64,000 nt of DNA from Planctomycetota bacterium (GTDB lineage Bacteria > Planctomycetota > UBA1135 > UBA2386). Made by a program: the position numbers and the translations under genes. This document shows positions 11,638 to 20,413 of this stretch, in pieces (within the stretch, counting starts at the first letter, position 1; the number at the start of each line of letters is the position of its first letter). The DNA lies in the NCBI GenBank assembly GCA_046290465.1, contig JBKAGP010000001.1, forward strand, positions 1,376,001 to 1,440,000, given 5' to 3'. Below the pieces are notes generated by a model. The model had not been told where the DNA came from, ran no database searches, and was given only the letters and a program-made list of their open reading frames with translations.

Positions 11638-12233
11638 GCCCCCTCCCGTTCGGCGGCCAGCCGCAGCAGGCGACGGACCGCGTCGACGTGCAGGCCGACG
11701 ACGTTGTCGAACGCACCGTGCTCGAGCCGCAGGAAGTCCTGCGCATCGTCCTGGATGCCGTAGGCGCCGGCCTTGCCGCGGTACTGGCCCGAGTCCAGGT
11801 AGGCCTGCAGCCGCGCGTCGTCGACCGCGTCGCAGCGCACCGCCGACGTCACCAGCTCGCAGAACGCTTCGCTGCCGACGAACAGGCAGTGCGCCGTGTG
11901 CACCTCGTGCTTGCGCCCGGAGAGCCGGCGCAGCATCGCCGCCGCCGCCTCGCGATCGGCGGCCTTGCCGAGTTCGCGGCCGGCCAGGTCGACGACCGTG
12001 TCGACCGCGAGCACCGGCACCCGCGGGTCGGGCGGGACCGCGCCGAGCGCCTTGCGCCGCGCCCGGGCCACGGCGAGTTCGCGCGGCTCGCCGAGTTCGC
12101 TGTCGTGCTCGGTCGCCGCACCGACATACTCGTCACCGGGCTCGCAGAGCGCGAACCGCACGCCCGCGTCCGCCAGCAGCTGGCGACGGCGCGGCGACTT
12201 CGAGGCGAGGTAGAGGTCCAGGTCGGCGACCAC
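11634..12233 (-). CDS. maf: Maf family nucleoside triphosphate pyrophosphatase (YhdE-like)
   Basis: LASKSPRRRQLL, AVDTVV, LGK, LSGRKHEV, KAGAYGIQ, NVVGL. Start is GTG 12233 or 12272. Confidence 0.92.
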   Translation of the reverse strand: MVADLDLYLASKSPRRRQLLADAGVRFALCEPGDEYVGAATEHDSELGEPRELAVARARRKALGAVPPDPRVPVLAVDTVVDLAGRELGKAADREAAAAMLRRLSGRKHEVHTAHCLFVGSEAFCELVTSAVRCDAVDDARLQAYLDSGQYRGKAGAYGIQDDAQDFLRLEHGAFDNVVGLHVDAVRRLLRLAAEREGA

Positions 12234-12291
12234 GAGGCCATCGTCGACATCCGCCCCGGCGCCCGCAAGCACGGTTCCGGTCGCCGAGCTC

Positions 12292-12379
12292 GGATCAGCG
12301 CGTCAGATCAGCGCGTCGGATCAACGCGTCGGATCAGCGCGTCGGATCAGCGCGTCGGATCAGCGCGTCGGATCAGCGC
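12292..12379. repeat. 13-bp tandem repeat (GGATCAGCGCGTC), ~6.8 copies
   Basis: Contiguous near-identical units with no spacers. The last unit contains the TGA stop of the gene at 12373-13257. Confidence 0.92.
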
Positions 12380-13257
12380 TTCTTGCCCTTCGGGGCCGGC
12401 GCCAGACGCGCCAGCAGACAGGCCGGCGACAGCTCGTGCCTGGCGCTCGGCTTGCCGTCCTTGCCGTGCGGACCGACCGACAGCGGCAGGTGGCCGTACG
12501 GCTTCAGCAGCGCACGCACCTCGTCGACCCACTTGCTGACCGCGCTGTTCTTCGGGTCGAGGCCGAGGCGCTGCTGCGCGCGCAGGGTCGACTTCTCCGA
12601 GAAGCAGATCTCCTCGAGCGTCAGCAGGTTGGTCAGGAACGCCTGCACGTGCGGCTGGACCGCCGGCACGCGCTGGAAGAACATGTTGCGGTCGCTGATC
12701 GACGCCTCCCGCAGGAACGTCATGTGCACGCCGTTCTGGTCGTTGTAGACCTGCGCGATCGACTCGCGCACGGCCAGACAACGGTCGAACAGATCCGGGA
12801 TGTCGAGGTCGCGCATCAACTCCTCTACCTCGAAGGCCTCGGTGACGCGGAACTCGTTGCGATCGACGAAGCTCTCCTCGATCCGGCGGCGCGCCTCCTG
12901 GCCGTAGCCGCACGGCAATCCGTGCGCGAAGTAGAGGTGCAGCAGCGCGTCGACGAAGTCGAGTTCCGGCAGCCGGACGATCGGCTCCTTCTTCTTGCGC
13001 TTCGACTCCGCGGGCTTGTCGCCGTCGGCGGCCTCGCCCTCGGTCGACCCGGTGGCGGCTTCCGCCTCGGGCTCCTCGGGCTCGGGCTCTTCGATGATCG
13101 GCTCGGGCTCGGGGATGTCCGCGAGCACCGCCTTGAGCTGCTTGAGGGTGGCCGTCAGGTTGGCCGGCGTCGGCTCCAGTGGCTCGCGCGGATCGGGTAG
13201 TCCGGCGTCCTCTTTGGCCTTCTTGGCAGCAGCTTTGGTCTTCTTCTTCGTCGGCAC
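12373..13257 (-). CDS. Conserved-looking hypothetical protein (possibly HhH/endonuclease III-like fold)
   Basis: Strong codon bias; low-complexity N-terminus then FVDRNEFRV... helical domain. Fold guess is weak. Confidence 0.65.
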   Translation of the reverse strand: MPTKKKTKAAAKKAKEDAGLPDPREPLEPTPANLTATLKQLKAVLADIPEPEPIIEEPEPEEPEAEAATGSTEGEAADGDKPAESKRKKKEPIVRLPELDFVDALLHLYFAHGLPCGYGQEARRRIEESFVDRNEFRVTEAFEVEELMRDLDIPDLFDRCLAVRESIAQVYNDQNGVHMTFLREASISDRNMFFQRVPAVQPHVQAFLTNLLTLEEICFSEKSTLRAQQRLGLDPKNSAVSKWVDEVRALLKPYGHLPLSVGPHGKDGKPSARHELSPACLLARLAPAPKGKKR

Positions 13258-13352
13258 GACGAGCCTTGGGGGAAGGATCGGGCAGCAGGCCGGGCGGGAA
13301 GCGCCCGGCCAGGGTCACCGCGACGGACGCGCCGCGGTCCTCAGCAGGCCGA

Positions 13353-13817
13353 CTAGGACTCGGCTTCGGGCGTGTCGCCGCCTTCGGCAGCGGCAGCTTC
13401 GGCTTCGGCCTTGGCCTTCGCCTCGTTGTGCTTGGCGAGCGCCGCGGCGCGCTCTTCCATGGCCTTGGCCTTGGCGATCGCACGCTGGTTGCTGTGGCGA
13501 CCCTTCGGCGGCGCGAACGGCTTCGGCTCCGCCTTGCTCTTGCCGCGCTTGCGCTTCTTCTTGACCGGCAACTCGACGCCCGAGCGCTCGATCATCGCAG
13601 CGACCGTCTCCGACGGCTTGGCGCCGACCGACAGCCAGTACTCGACCCGCTCGGTGTTGAGCTTGACCTGCTCGCCCTCGCGGGGGAACAGGGGCAGGTA
13701 GTAACCGAGGGACTCGATGATGCGACCATCGCGCGGGAAGCGCGGATCGGTAGCCACCACGCGGTAGGTCGGGTGGTTCAGGCGTCCAAAGCGTTTCAGA
13801 CGAAGCGTGACTGCCAA
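13353..13817 (-). CDS. rpsP: 30S ribosomal protein S16 with long C-terminal extension
   Basis: AVTLRLKRFG, YRVVATDPRFPRDGRIIESLGYY, WLSVGAKPSETV. TTG start inferred. Confidence 0.95.
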   Translation of the reverse strand: MAVTLRLKRFGRLNHPTYRVVATDPRFPRDGRIIESLGYYLPLFPREGEQVKLNTERVEYWLSVGAKPSETVAAMIERSGVELPVKKKRKRGKSKAEPKPFAPPKGRHSNQRAIAKAKAMEERAAALAKHNEAKAKAEAEAAAAEGGDTPEAES

Positions 13818-13960
13818 GGGAATTGGTCTCCGTGCGTCGGGGTGCCGGCGAAAGGGCCGAACAGTGAAGCAGATTCGGCCGCGCGTTGCCAGTTGTTTTT
13901 GACCGGGCCGGGACGGTCGTGGTCCCGGGCGGGCACGGCCGCCAGCCCGGGCAACGGCGG

Positions 13961-14047
13961 CTAGCGGGCAAAGCCCCGTCCGCACGCGTACACGCCGCTT
14001 CCGCGATCACGGTCGGCAGCGCGTCCACTACATGGACGCGCTCCTAG
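13961..14047 (+). repeat. CTAG-bounded REP/MITE-like element, full copy
   Basis: CTAG-CGGGCAAAGCCCCGTCCGCACGCGTACACGCCGCTTCCGCGATCACGGTCGGCAGCGCGTCCACTACATGGACGCGCTC-CTAG. The right CTAG contains the ffh stop. Confidence 0.92.
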
Positions 14048-15579
14048 CGGCGCTTGCCGCCCGGGAAGCCACGCCCCCCGCCGGGAAAGCCGCGGCCCTT
14101 GCCACGGCCCTTTCCGCCCATGCCGGGCATGCCGCCGAGGCCACCTAGCCCACCGAGGCCGCCGCCGCCGCCGCCGCCCCCGCCCCCGCCCAGCATGCCG
14201 CCCAGGCCGCCGCCGCCCCCGCCGCCGAGCATGCCGCCGAGGCCACCGCCTCCGCCGCCGCCCATCATGCCGCCGAGGCCGCCCATGCCGCCCTTGCCGA
14301 GCTTCTTCATCATGTCCTGCATCGCCTTGAACTGCTTGATCAGCCCGTTCACGGCGTCGAGCTGGTTGCCCGACCCGGCGGCGATGCGACGGCGCCGCTG
14401 CACGTCGATCAGCGACGGTTGCCGGCGCTCCCGCGGCGTCATCGACTGGATCATCGCCTCGATGCGCTTGAAGTGGTTGTCGTCCAGATCGATGTTCTTC
14501 AGCGCCGCGCCGACGCCCGGCAGCATGCCGAGCACCTTCTTCAGCGGGCCCATCGAACGGATCATGTTCAGCTGGCTGAGGAAGTCCTCGAAGTTGAAGC
14601 TGCCCTTCTGCAGCTTCTTGGCCTGCTTCTGCGCCTCGCGCTCGTCGATGACCTTCTCGGCCTTCTCCACCAGGCCGACGACGTCGCCCATGCCCAGGAT
14701 GCGGCCGGCCATGCGGCCCGGATCGAACGCCTCGAAGTCGTCCGGCTTCTCGCCGACGCCCTGGAACAGGATCGGCCGGCCGGTCACCTTGACGATCGAC
14801 AGCGCCGCGCCGCCGCGCGAATCGCCATCGGTCTTGGTCAGGATCAGGCCGTGCAGCGGCAGACGCTCGTGGAACTCCTTGGCCGAGTTGACCGCGTCCT
14901 GACCGAGCATCGCGTCGTTGACCAGCAGCACCGCGTGCGGCTGCGTCACCGCGTGCACCTGCTGCACCTCCTGCATCAGGTCCTCGTCGATGTGCAGGCG
15001 GCCGGCGGTGTCGAGCACGACGACGTCGTGGCCGTGCTTCTGCGCGTACTGCAGGCCCTGCAGGCAGACCTCGGGCGGCGACAGCTTCTCGGTCGCCGCG
15101 AACACGTCGACGCCCAGCTGCTTGCCGAGCGTCTTGAGCTGGTCGACCGCCGCCGGGCGCTGCAGGTCGGCCGCGACCAGCAGCGTGCGCTTCTTCTTCT
15201 CCTTGCGGAGGTAGAGCGCCAGCTTGCCGCAGGTGGTCGTCTTGCCGCTGCCCTGCAGGCCGCACATCATCAGGATCAGCGGCTTCTTGTCGGCGATCGG
15301 CAGGCCGACGGCCTGGCCTCCGAGCAGTTCGGTCAGCGCGTCGTGGAAGCACTTGATGAACTGCTGGCCCGGATCGACCGACTCGATCACCTTCTGGCCG
15401 ACCACGCGACTGCGCACGTCGGCGACGAACTCCTTGGCGACCTGGAAGTTGACGTCGGCCTCGAGCAGGGCCTGGCGGACGGCGCGGATGCCGTCCTCGA
15501 CGTTCTTCTCGGTCAGTTTCTTCTGACCGACGATGCTGTTGAAGGCGTTGCCGAAGGCAGTGGCGAGCGTATCGAACAT
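14044..15579 (-). CDS. ffh: Signal recognition particle protein Ffh
   Basis: ALLEADV, GLQGSGKTTT, DLQRPAA, DTAGRL, TKTDGDSRGGAALS, RILGMGD, M domain, Gly/Met-rich tail. Confidence 0.97.
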   Translation of the reverse strand: MFDTLATAFGNAFNSIVGQKKLTEKNVEDGIRAVRQALLEADVNFQVAKEFVADVRSRVVGQKVIESVDPGQQFIKCFHDALTELLGGQAVGLPIADKKPLILMMCGLQGSGKTTTCGKLALYLRKEKKKRTLLVAADLQRPAAVDQLKTLGKQLGVDVFAATEKLSPPEVCLQGLQYAQKHGHDVVVLDTAGRLHIDEDLMQEVQQVHAVTQPHAVLLVNDAMLGQDAVNSAKEFHERLPLHGLILTKTDGDSRGGAALSIVKVTGRPILFQGVGEKPDDFEAFDPGRMAGRILGMGDVVGLVEKAEKVIDEREAQKQAKKLQKGSFNFEDFLSQLNMIRSMGPLKKVLGMLPGVGAALKNIDLDDNHFKRIEAMIQSMTPRERRQPSLIDVQRRRRIAAGSGNQLDAVNGLIKQFKAMQDMMKKLGKGGMGGLGGMMGGGGGGGLGGMLGGGGGGGLGGMLGGGGGGGGGGGLGGLGGLGGMPGMGGKGRGKGRGFPGGGRGFPGGKRR

Positions 15580-15715
15580 GAGCCGGCCCAGGATGTTGGC
15601 CCCGGGCGGAGCGGTCAAAGGAAAACGTGGACGCGTCGCCTCCGGAGGAAGGTCCGCGAGCGAACGGCGTCGTAGACCTGGCCCGGTAGTTGCACAAGCC
15701 GGGCAGAGGAACCCC

Positions 15716-16303
15716 ATGAACGCACGCCACACGCTGACCGCACTCCCCCTCCTGCTGCTGGCCACCGCCTGCGCAACCCCCGTTGCCGTGGAGACTCACG
15801 GCGCGGAGCACGAGCTCGAGGCCGAGCTGCGTGTGTTCCAGGACGCACAGCAGGTGTTTCGCGAGAAGAACATGGGCACCCACCAGTTCGACTTCGAAGG
15901 ACACGGCCGGGTGACCGTTCGCGAAATCCTGCTCGAGGGCTTCCCGGGCAACGGCTACCTGAAGTGCCGCTTCCACTACCAGAACCGCACGGCCAAGCCG
16001 GTCGTGCAGAGCTGGGTCAGCCTGGACGTGCTCGACGCCGAGGGCCGCATCCGCTCGACCCAGAGCTGCCACCTGATCATGCCGACGGCCGGCGCGATCG
16101 GCCGCGGCAGCTACTACGCGGACGAGCTGCGCACGCCGACCTACAACGTGCACCTCAAGGAGGGCTGGACCTGGCGGATCCGCTGCGAGTCGGACCTCCA
16201 ACAGCCCGAGGAGCCGCTCGACCCGCCGGTGAAGGAGCCCAAGACCGGCGCCAACCTGCGCGCCCCGGTCATCATCCGGAACCGCGGCCAGAACGACTGG
16301 TAG
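15716..16303 (+). CDS. Hypothetical lipoprotein
   Basis: Lipobox LATAC; GAGG-like SD upstream; beta-rich domain. Confidence 0.75.
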   Translation: MNARHTLTALPLLLLATACATPVAVETHGAEHELEAELRVFQDAQQVFREKNMGTHQFDFEGHGRVTVREILLEGFPGNGYLKCRFHYQNRTAKPVVQSWVSLDVLDAEGRIRSTQSCHLIMPTAGAIGRGSYYADELRTPTYNVHLKEGWTWRIRCESDLQQPEEPLDPPVKEPKTGANLRAPVIIRNRGQNDW

Positions 16304-16318
16304 GCCGCACGACCGACA

Positions 16319-16451
16319 GCAGGAGCACCGGGAGGGGCTTCGTGTCCGCGCTTGGGAGAGAGCGCGCTGCACCTCGAGGCGGTGCATTCCGGACGGCGAG
16401 CATGGATGGCGCCGGCCGGAGCCGACACGGATCCCCTCCCGGTGCTCCTGC
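16319..16451. repeat. 28-bp imperfect inverted repeat with 77-bp spacer between convergent genes
   Basis: GCAGGAGCACCGGGAGGGGCTTCGTGTC (16319-16346) versus the reverse complement of 16424-16451: 2 differences. Confidence 0.8.
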
Positions 16452-16483
16452 CGTTGTCGATGCCGTTGGTCCCGCCGTCGCGG

Positions 16484-17851
16484 TTAGCGGCGGCGGCGCT
16501 GCATGCGCTCGAGGATCTTCTCGCCCTGCTCGTTCCAGACCGGCGGCTCGGCGCGGTTGGCGAGTTCCTGGGTGACGTCGTAGAGGCCGCGGATGATCGC
16601 GGTCATATGCGGCAGGTCGAGCTTCTCGACCTCGTCACCGGGCTGGTGGTAGTCGCCGTGCAGCGAACCGGCGCTGACCGAGTGCGCGACGATGCCCTTG
16701 CGCACGAACGACGCGTTGTCGCTGGCGCCGAACAGCTGGTTGCCCATGCGGAAGTCGACCACGCCGATCTGCTCGCCGGCCAGCGCCAGCTCGCAGATCG
16801 ACGCGAAGTCGCTGTAGCCGGCGCCGGTGAACCAGCACTTCTTCTCGTTGCCCGCCTCGGGCCGGCCGATCATCTCGATGTTGAGGTTGGCGACCACGCG
16901 CTCGAGCGGCACCGGCGGACGCTCGCAGAAGCCGCGCGAACCGAGCAGGCCGCGCTCCTCGGCGGCGAAGCAGACGAACAGCACGTTGCGGCGCAGCTTC
17001 TGGCCGGCGAACGCCTCGGCGAGCAGCACCACGGCGGTGGTGCCGGTCGCGTTGTCGTCGGCGCCATTGTAGATCATGTCGCCGTCCTTCGGGTTGCCGA
17101 CGCCGACGTGGTCGTAGTGGGCACTGACGACGATGTACTCGTCCTTGGTCGGGCTGCTCGGGTCCGCCGGCAGCAGCGCCATCACGTTGCGCTGCGTGAG
17201 CTCGGTCCGCTCGGGCGCGGCCACCGACCAATTGGCCGACCACTCGGCTTCGCGGCCGTCGGTCGGGGCCGGCGGCAGCAGGCCCTGGCGCACCAGCAGC
17301 ATCGGCCGCGCGGCCGCACGGCGCCGGGTGACCACCGCGTGCACGCCCTTGCTCTGTTCCCAGAACGCGTGCGTCTCCGGCACCTCGATGATGATCGGTC
17401 GCCGCGCCGAGCGCGCGGTCATCAGCCGCTGCAGCACCGGATCCTCGACCTTGGCGACCGTGCACGGCTCGTCGCCCTCGAGGCCGTCGGACGGCTTCAG
17501 CTGGCGCACGTCCTTGCCCCCCTCGAGCACGAACTCTTTGCTGTCGTCCCCGTGCTTGCGCGTCAGCGTCAGCTTGACGGCATCGGAGTCGACGCGCACA
17601 CCCGGCAGCGTGAACTCGTGGAACCAGGTGCCTTCGCGGACCTGCTTCAGCCCGGCCTTCTCGAAGCGCGCCGCCAGCCACTGGCCGGCCTGCTCGATCT
17701 CCTTGCTGCCGGTGTCGCGCCCCTTGCGCTCGTCGCTGGCCAGCCACGTCACCGTCTCGCGCACGCGGGGCTCGGTGACGTGCGCCTTCTGCGCGGTCAA
17801 GGAAGCGGTCGCCAGCAGCAGCGCCGTCACGATCGGGGAGCGTCGGTTCAT
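16484..17851 (-). CDS. Secreted M28 family metallopeptidase
   Basis: Signal peptide, GRDTGS, SAHYDHVG, NGADDNATG, AEERGLLGS, NIEMIG, SDN, YHQPGD. Confidence 0.92.
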   Translation of the reverse strand: MNRRSPIVTALLLATASLTAQKAHVTEPRVRETVTWLASDERKGRDTGSKEIEQAGQWLAARFEKAGLKQVREGTWFHEFTLPGVRVDSDAVKLTLTRKHGDDSKEFVLEGGKDVRQLKPSDGLEGDEPCTVAKVEDPVLQRLMTARSARRPIIIEVPETHAFWEQSKGVHAVVTRRRAAARPMLLVRQGLLPPAPTDGREAEWSANWSVAAPERTELTQRNVMALLPADPSSPTKDEYIVVSAHYDHVGVGNPKDGDMIYNGADDNATGTTAVVLLAEAFAGQKLRRNVLFVCFAAEERGLLGSRGFCERPPVPLERVVANLNIEMIGRPEAGNEKKCWFTGAGYSDFASICELALAGEQIGVVDFRMGNQLFGASDNASFVRKGIVAHSVSAGSLHGDYHQPGDEVEKLDLPHMTAIIRGLYDVTQELANRAEPPVWNEQGEKILERMQRRRR

Positions 17852-18687
17852 CGTTGGTCCTCTTGCAGCATCTGGTTCATCGTGCCGGTGCGGTAGCCGA
17901 ACACGTCGAGCGCGACGAACGTGTAGCCACACGCCTGCAGGTCGCGGCCGATCACGTCGCGCATCGCGAAGGCGCGCTCGAGCTCGCCGGGCGCGAACTC
18001 GACGCGCGCCAGCTGGTCGTGGTGGCGAACCCGGAACTGGCCGAAGCCGTGCGCGCGCAGCACCGCCTCGGCGCGTTCGATCTGCGCCAGCATCTCGCGG
18101 TCGATCGCGGTGCCGTAGGGCACTCGCGACGACAGGCACGCGAAGCTCGGCTTGTCGGCGACCGACAGGCCGACGTCGCGGGCGTAGCGGCGCACGTCGT
18201 CCTTGGCGAAGCCGCAGTCGACCAGCGGCGCCCGCACGCCGTGCTCGGCGGCGGCGACCTGGCCCGGGCGGTGGTCGCCGAGGTCGTCGGTGATCGCGCC
18301 GTAGACCACCACCCACTGGTCGGGCGCGATCTCGGCGCGGCGCTCCGCGACCGTCACGAACAGCTCCTTCTTGCAGTGGTAGCAGCGGTCGCCGGCGTTC
18401 TCGCGGTAGCCGTCGCGCGACAGCTCGTCGGTCTCGAGCACGACGTGCCGCACGCCGATCGCGGTCGCCAAGGCGCCCGCCTCCTGCAGTTCGCTGCGCG
18501 GCAGCGACGGCGAGTCGGCGGTCACCGCGACGACCCGTTCGCCGAGCGCGTCTCGGCACGCGTGCAGCAGCGCCGTCGAGTCGACGCCGGCCGAGAACGC
18601 CACCACCGCGCCGGGCAACGACGCCAGCTGCTCGCGCAGCATGGTCAGCTTCTGCTCGAATGGGAGGCTCGCGGTCGCCGGCAACAT
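17848..18687 (-). CDS. larE: ATP-dependent sulfur transferase LarE family
   Basis: PP-loop AFSAGVDS, RCYHCKKEL, DDLGDHRPG, KPSFACLSSRVPYG, RVRHH, GYRTGTMN. Start is 18687 or 18720. Confidence 0.9.
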   Translation of the reverse strand: MLPATASLPFEQKLTMLREQLASLPGAVVAFSAGVDSTALLHACRDALGERVVAVTADSPSLPRSELQEAGALATAIGVRHVVLETDELSRDGYRENAGDRCYHCKKELFVTVAERRAEIAPDQWVVVYGAITDDLGDHRPGQVAAAEHGVRAPLVDCGFAKDDVRRYARDVGLSVADKPSFACLSSRVPYGTAIDREMLAQIERAEAVLRAHGFGQFRVRHHDQLARVEFAPGELERAFAMRDVIGRDLQACGYTFVALDVFGYRTGTMNQMLQEDQR

Positions 18688-18739
18688 CGCGGGCCGTTCT
18701 ACGCGCGGGACGTTCGCCATGCCAACAGGGATCGCCGGG

Positions 18740-20386
18740 TCACTTGCCCCGACCGTCGTAGACGATGCGCCCGCCGACGATCGTCAGCAGCACCTTGGCC
18801 TCGAGCAGCTCCTCGTCGGAACACGTCAACAGGTTGCGGTCGAACACGGTCACGTCGGCAAACTTGCGGACCTCGATCGAGCCGAGGTGGTTCTCGCGCA
18901 GCATCCCGTACGCCGCGTCGAACGTGAACCCGCGCAGCGCGCGTTCGCGGCTGAGCTTCTGGTCGGGCCGCAGCTCGCGGTCGGTGCCGGGCGCCTTGGT
19001 GGTCACCGCCGCGTAGATGCCCTTGCGCGGATCGACCGACTCGACCGGGAAGTCGCTGCCGAACGGCACCACGACGCCGAGTTCGTGGAAGCGTCGCCAC
19101 GCGTAGGCGCGCAGCGTGCGCTGCGGGCCGAGCCGATCCGGCGCCCACGGCATGTCCGAGGTAAGGTGTGTCGGCTGCATCGACGGCAGCACGCCGAGGT
19201 CGCGGAACCGTTCGAAGTCGTCCGCCGCGATCACCTGGGCGTGCTCGACCCGGAAGCGCCGGCCGGCGAGCCCGCCGTCGACCTTCACCGCGGCGTAGGC
19301 ATCGAGCACCGTCTTGTTGGCGCGGTCGCCGATCGCGTGGGTGACCAGCTGCATGTCGTGGTCGGCGCAGAACTGCGCCAGCGCCAGCACCGCGCCCTTC
19401 GGCAGCGACACCAGGCCGCGGGTGCCGGGACGATCGGTGTACGGCTCGAGCAGCGCGGCGCCGCGCGAACCGAGCGCGCCGTCGGCGTAGGCCTTGACGC
19501 CGCGCACCACGATCACGCTGTCCGGCGTCTGCCACGGCCCGCGCGCGATCAGTTCGCGTTCGGACTGCGCCAGCATCACGCACGTGCGCAGGAACCACTT
19601 CTTCTCCCTGTGCAGCTGGACCAGCTGGTCGAGCACGCGCCGGCTGACGCCCATGTCGTGCACGCACGTCAGACCGTGCTGCAGGCACGCGCGCTGCGCG
19701 AACAGCAGGCGGCGCCGGATCTCCGCGTCGCCGAGGCGCGGCTCCGGCACCGCCCCCATCGCCGCGTCGACCAGCACGCCGGTCGGCTGGCCGTCGTCGT
19801 CGAACAGGATCTCGCCGCCGCTCGGCGCGACGCTGCCGCGCTCGATGCCGGCGGCCGCCAGCGCCAGCCGGTTGGCCAGGCCGGCGTGGCCGTCGACGCG
19901 CGTCAACCAGACCGGATGCTCCGGCACCGCTTCGCTGAGTGCGCGGTGGTTCGGCATGCGCCGGTCTCTCCAGTCGTTCTGGTCCCAGCCGCGGCCGACC
20001 ACCCACGCACCCTTGGGCAGCTTCGCCGCGGCGGCGCGCGCCTTGGCGACGACCTCCGCGTAGCTGGTCGTGCCGACCAGGTCGACCTCGACCAACGAGC
20101 TGCCGAGTCCGAGCAGGTGGCCGTGCGCGTCCTGCAGGCCGGGCATCACGAACGCACCGTCGGGCAGGTCGACGACCACGTGGCCGCGGTGGCGCGCCGA
20201 CGGATACTCGAAGACCTCGTAGCGCATGCTCAGATCGAGCTGCTCGCGCCACGGCGCCGCGCCGGTCCAGATCGTGCCGCCGTGCAGGATCAGTTCGGAC
20301 CACGGGTGCTTCGGCGACGGCGCCGGAACCGGTTCCTGCGGCGCCTGGACGAACAGCGACGCCGCGAGTGCGAGAACAGGGAGCAT
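18740..20386 (-). CDS. Secreted amidohydrolase (Amidohydro_3/YtcJ-like)
   Basis: PGLQDAHGH, GRGWDQ, RVDGHA, KAYADGALGSRGA, HAIGDRA, RVEHAQ, SMQPTH, GSDFPVE. Confidence 0.92.
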   Translation of the reverse strand: MLPVLALAASLFVQAPQEPVPAPSPKHPWSELILHGGTIWTGAAPWREQLDLSMRYEVFEYPSARHRGHVVVDLPDGAFVMPGLQDAHGHLLGLGSSLVEVDLVGTTSYAEVVAKARAAAAKLPKGAWVVGRGWDQNDWRDRRMPNHRALSEAVPEHPVWLTRVDGHAGLANRLALAAAGIERGSVAPSGGEILFDDDGQPTGVLVDAAMGAVPEPRLGDAEIRRRLLFAQRACLQHGLTCVHDMGVSRRVLDQLVQLHREKKWFLRTCVMLAQSERELIARGPWQTPDSVIVVRGVKAYADGALGSRGAALLEPYTDRPGTRGLVSLPKGAVLALAQFCADHDMQLVTHAIGDRANKTVLDAYAAVKVDGGLAGRRFRVEHAQVIAADDFERFRDLGVLPSMQPTHLTSDMPWAPDRLGPQRTLRAYAWRRFHELGVVVPFGSDFPVESVDPRKGIYAAVTTKAPGTDRELRPDQKLSRERALRGFTFDAAYGMLRENHLGSIEVRKFADVTVFDRNLLTCSDEELLEAKVLLTIVGGRIVYDGRGK

Positions 20387-20413
20387 GCCGGGAATGGTAT
20401 CGTCGTGCCTGCC

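Noticed and set aside
12292..12379. Possible CRISPR array
   Set aside because: 13-bp units are contiguous with no spacers, and there are no cas genes.
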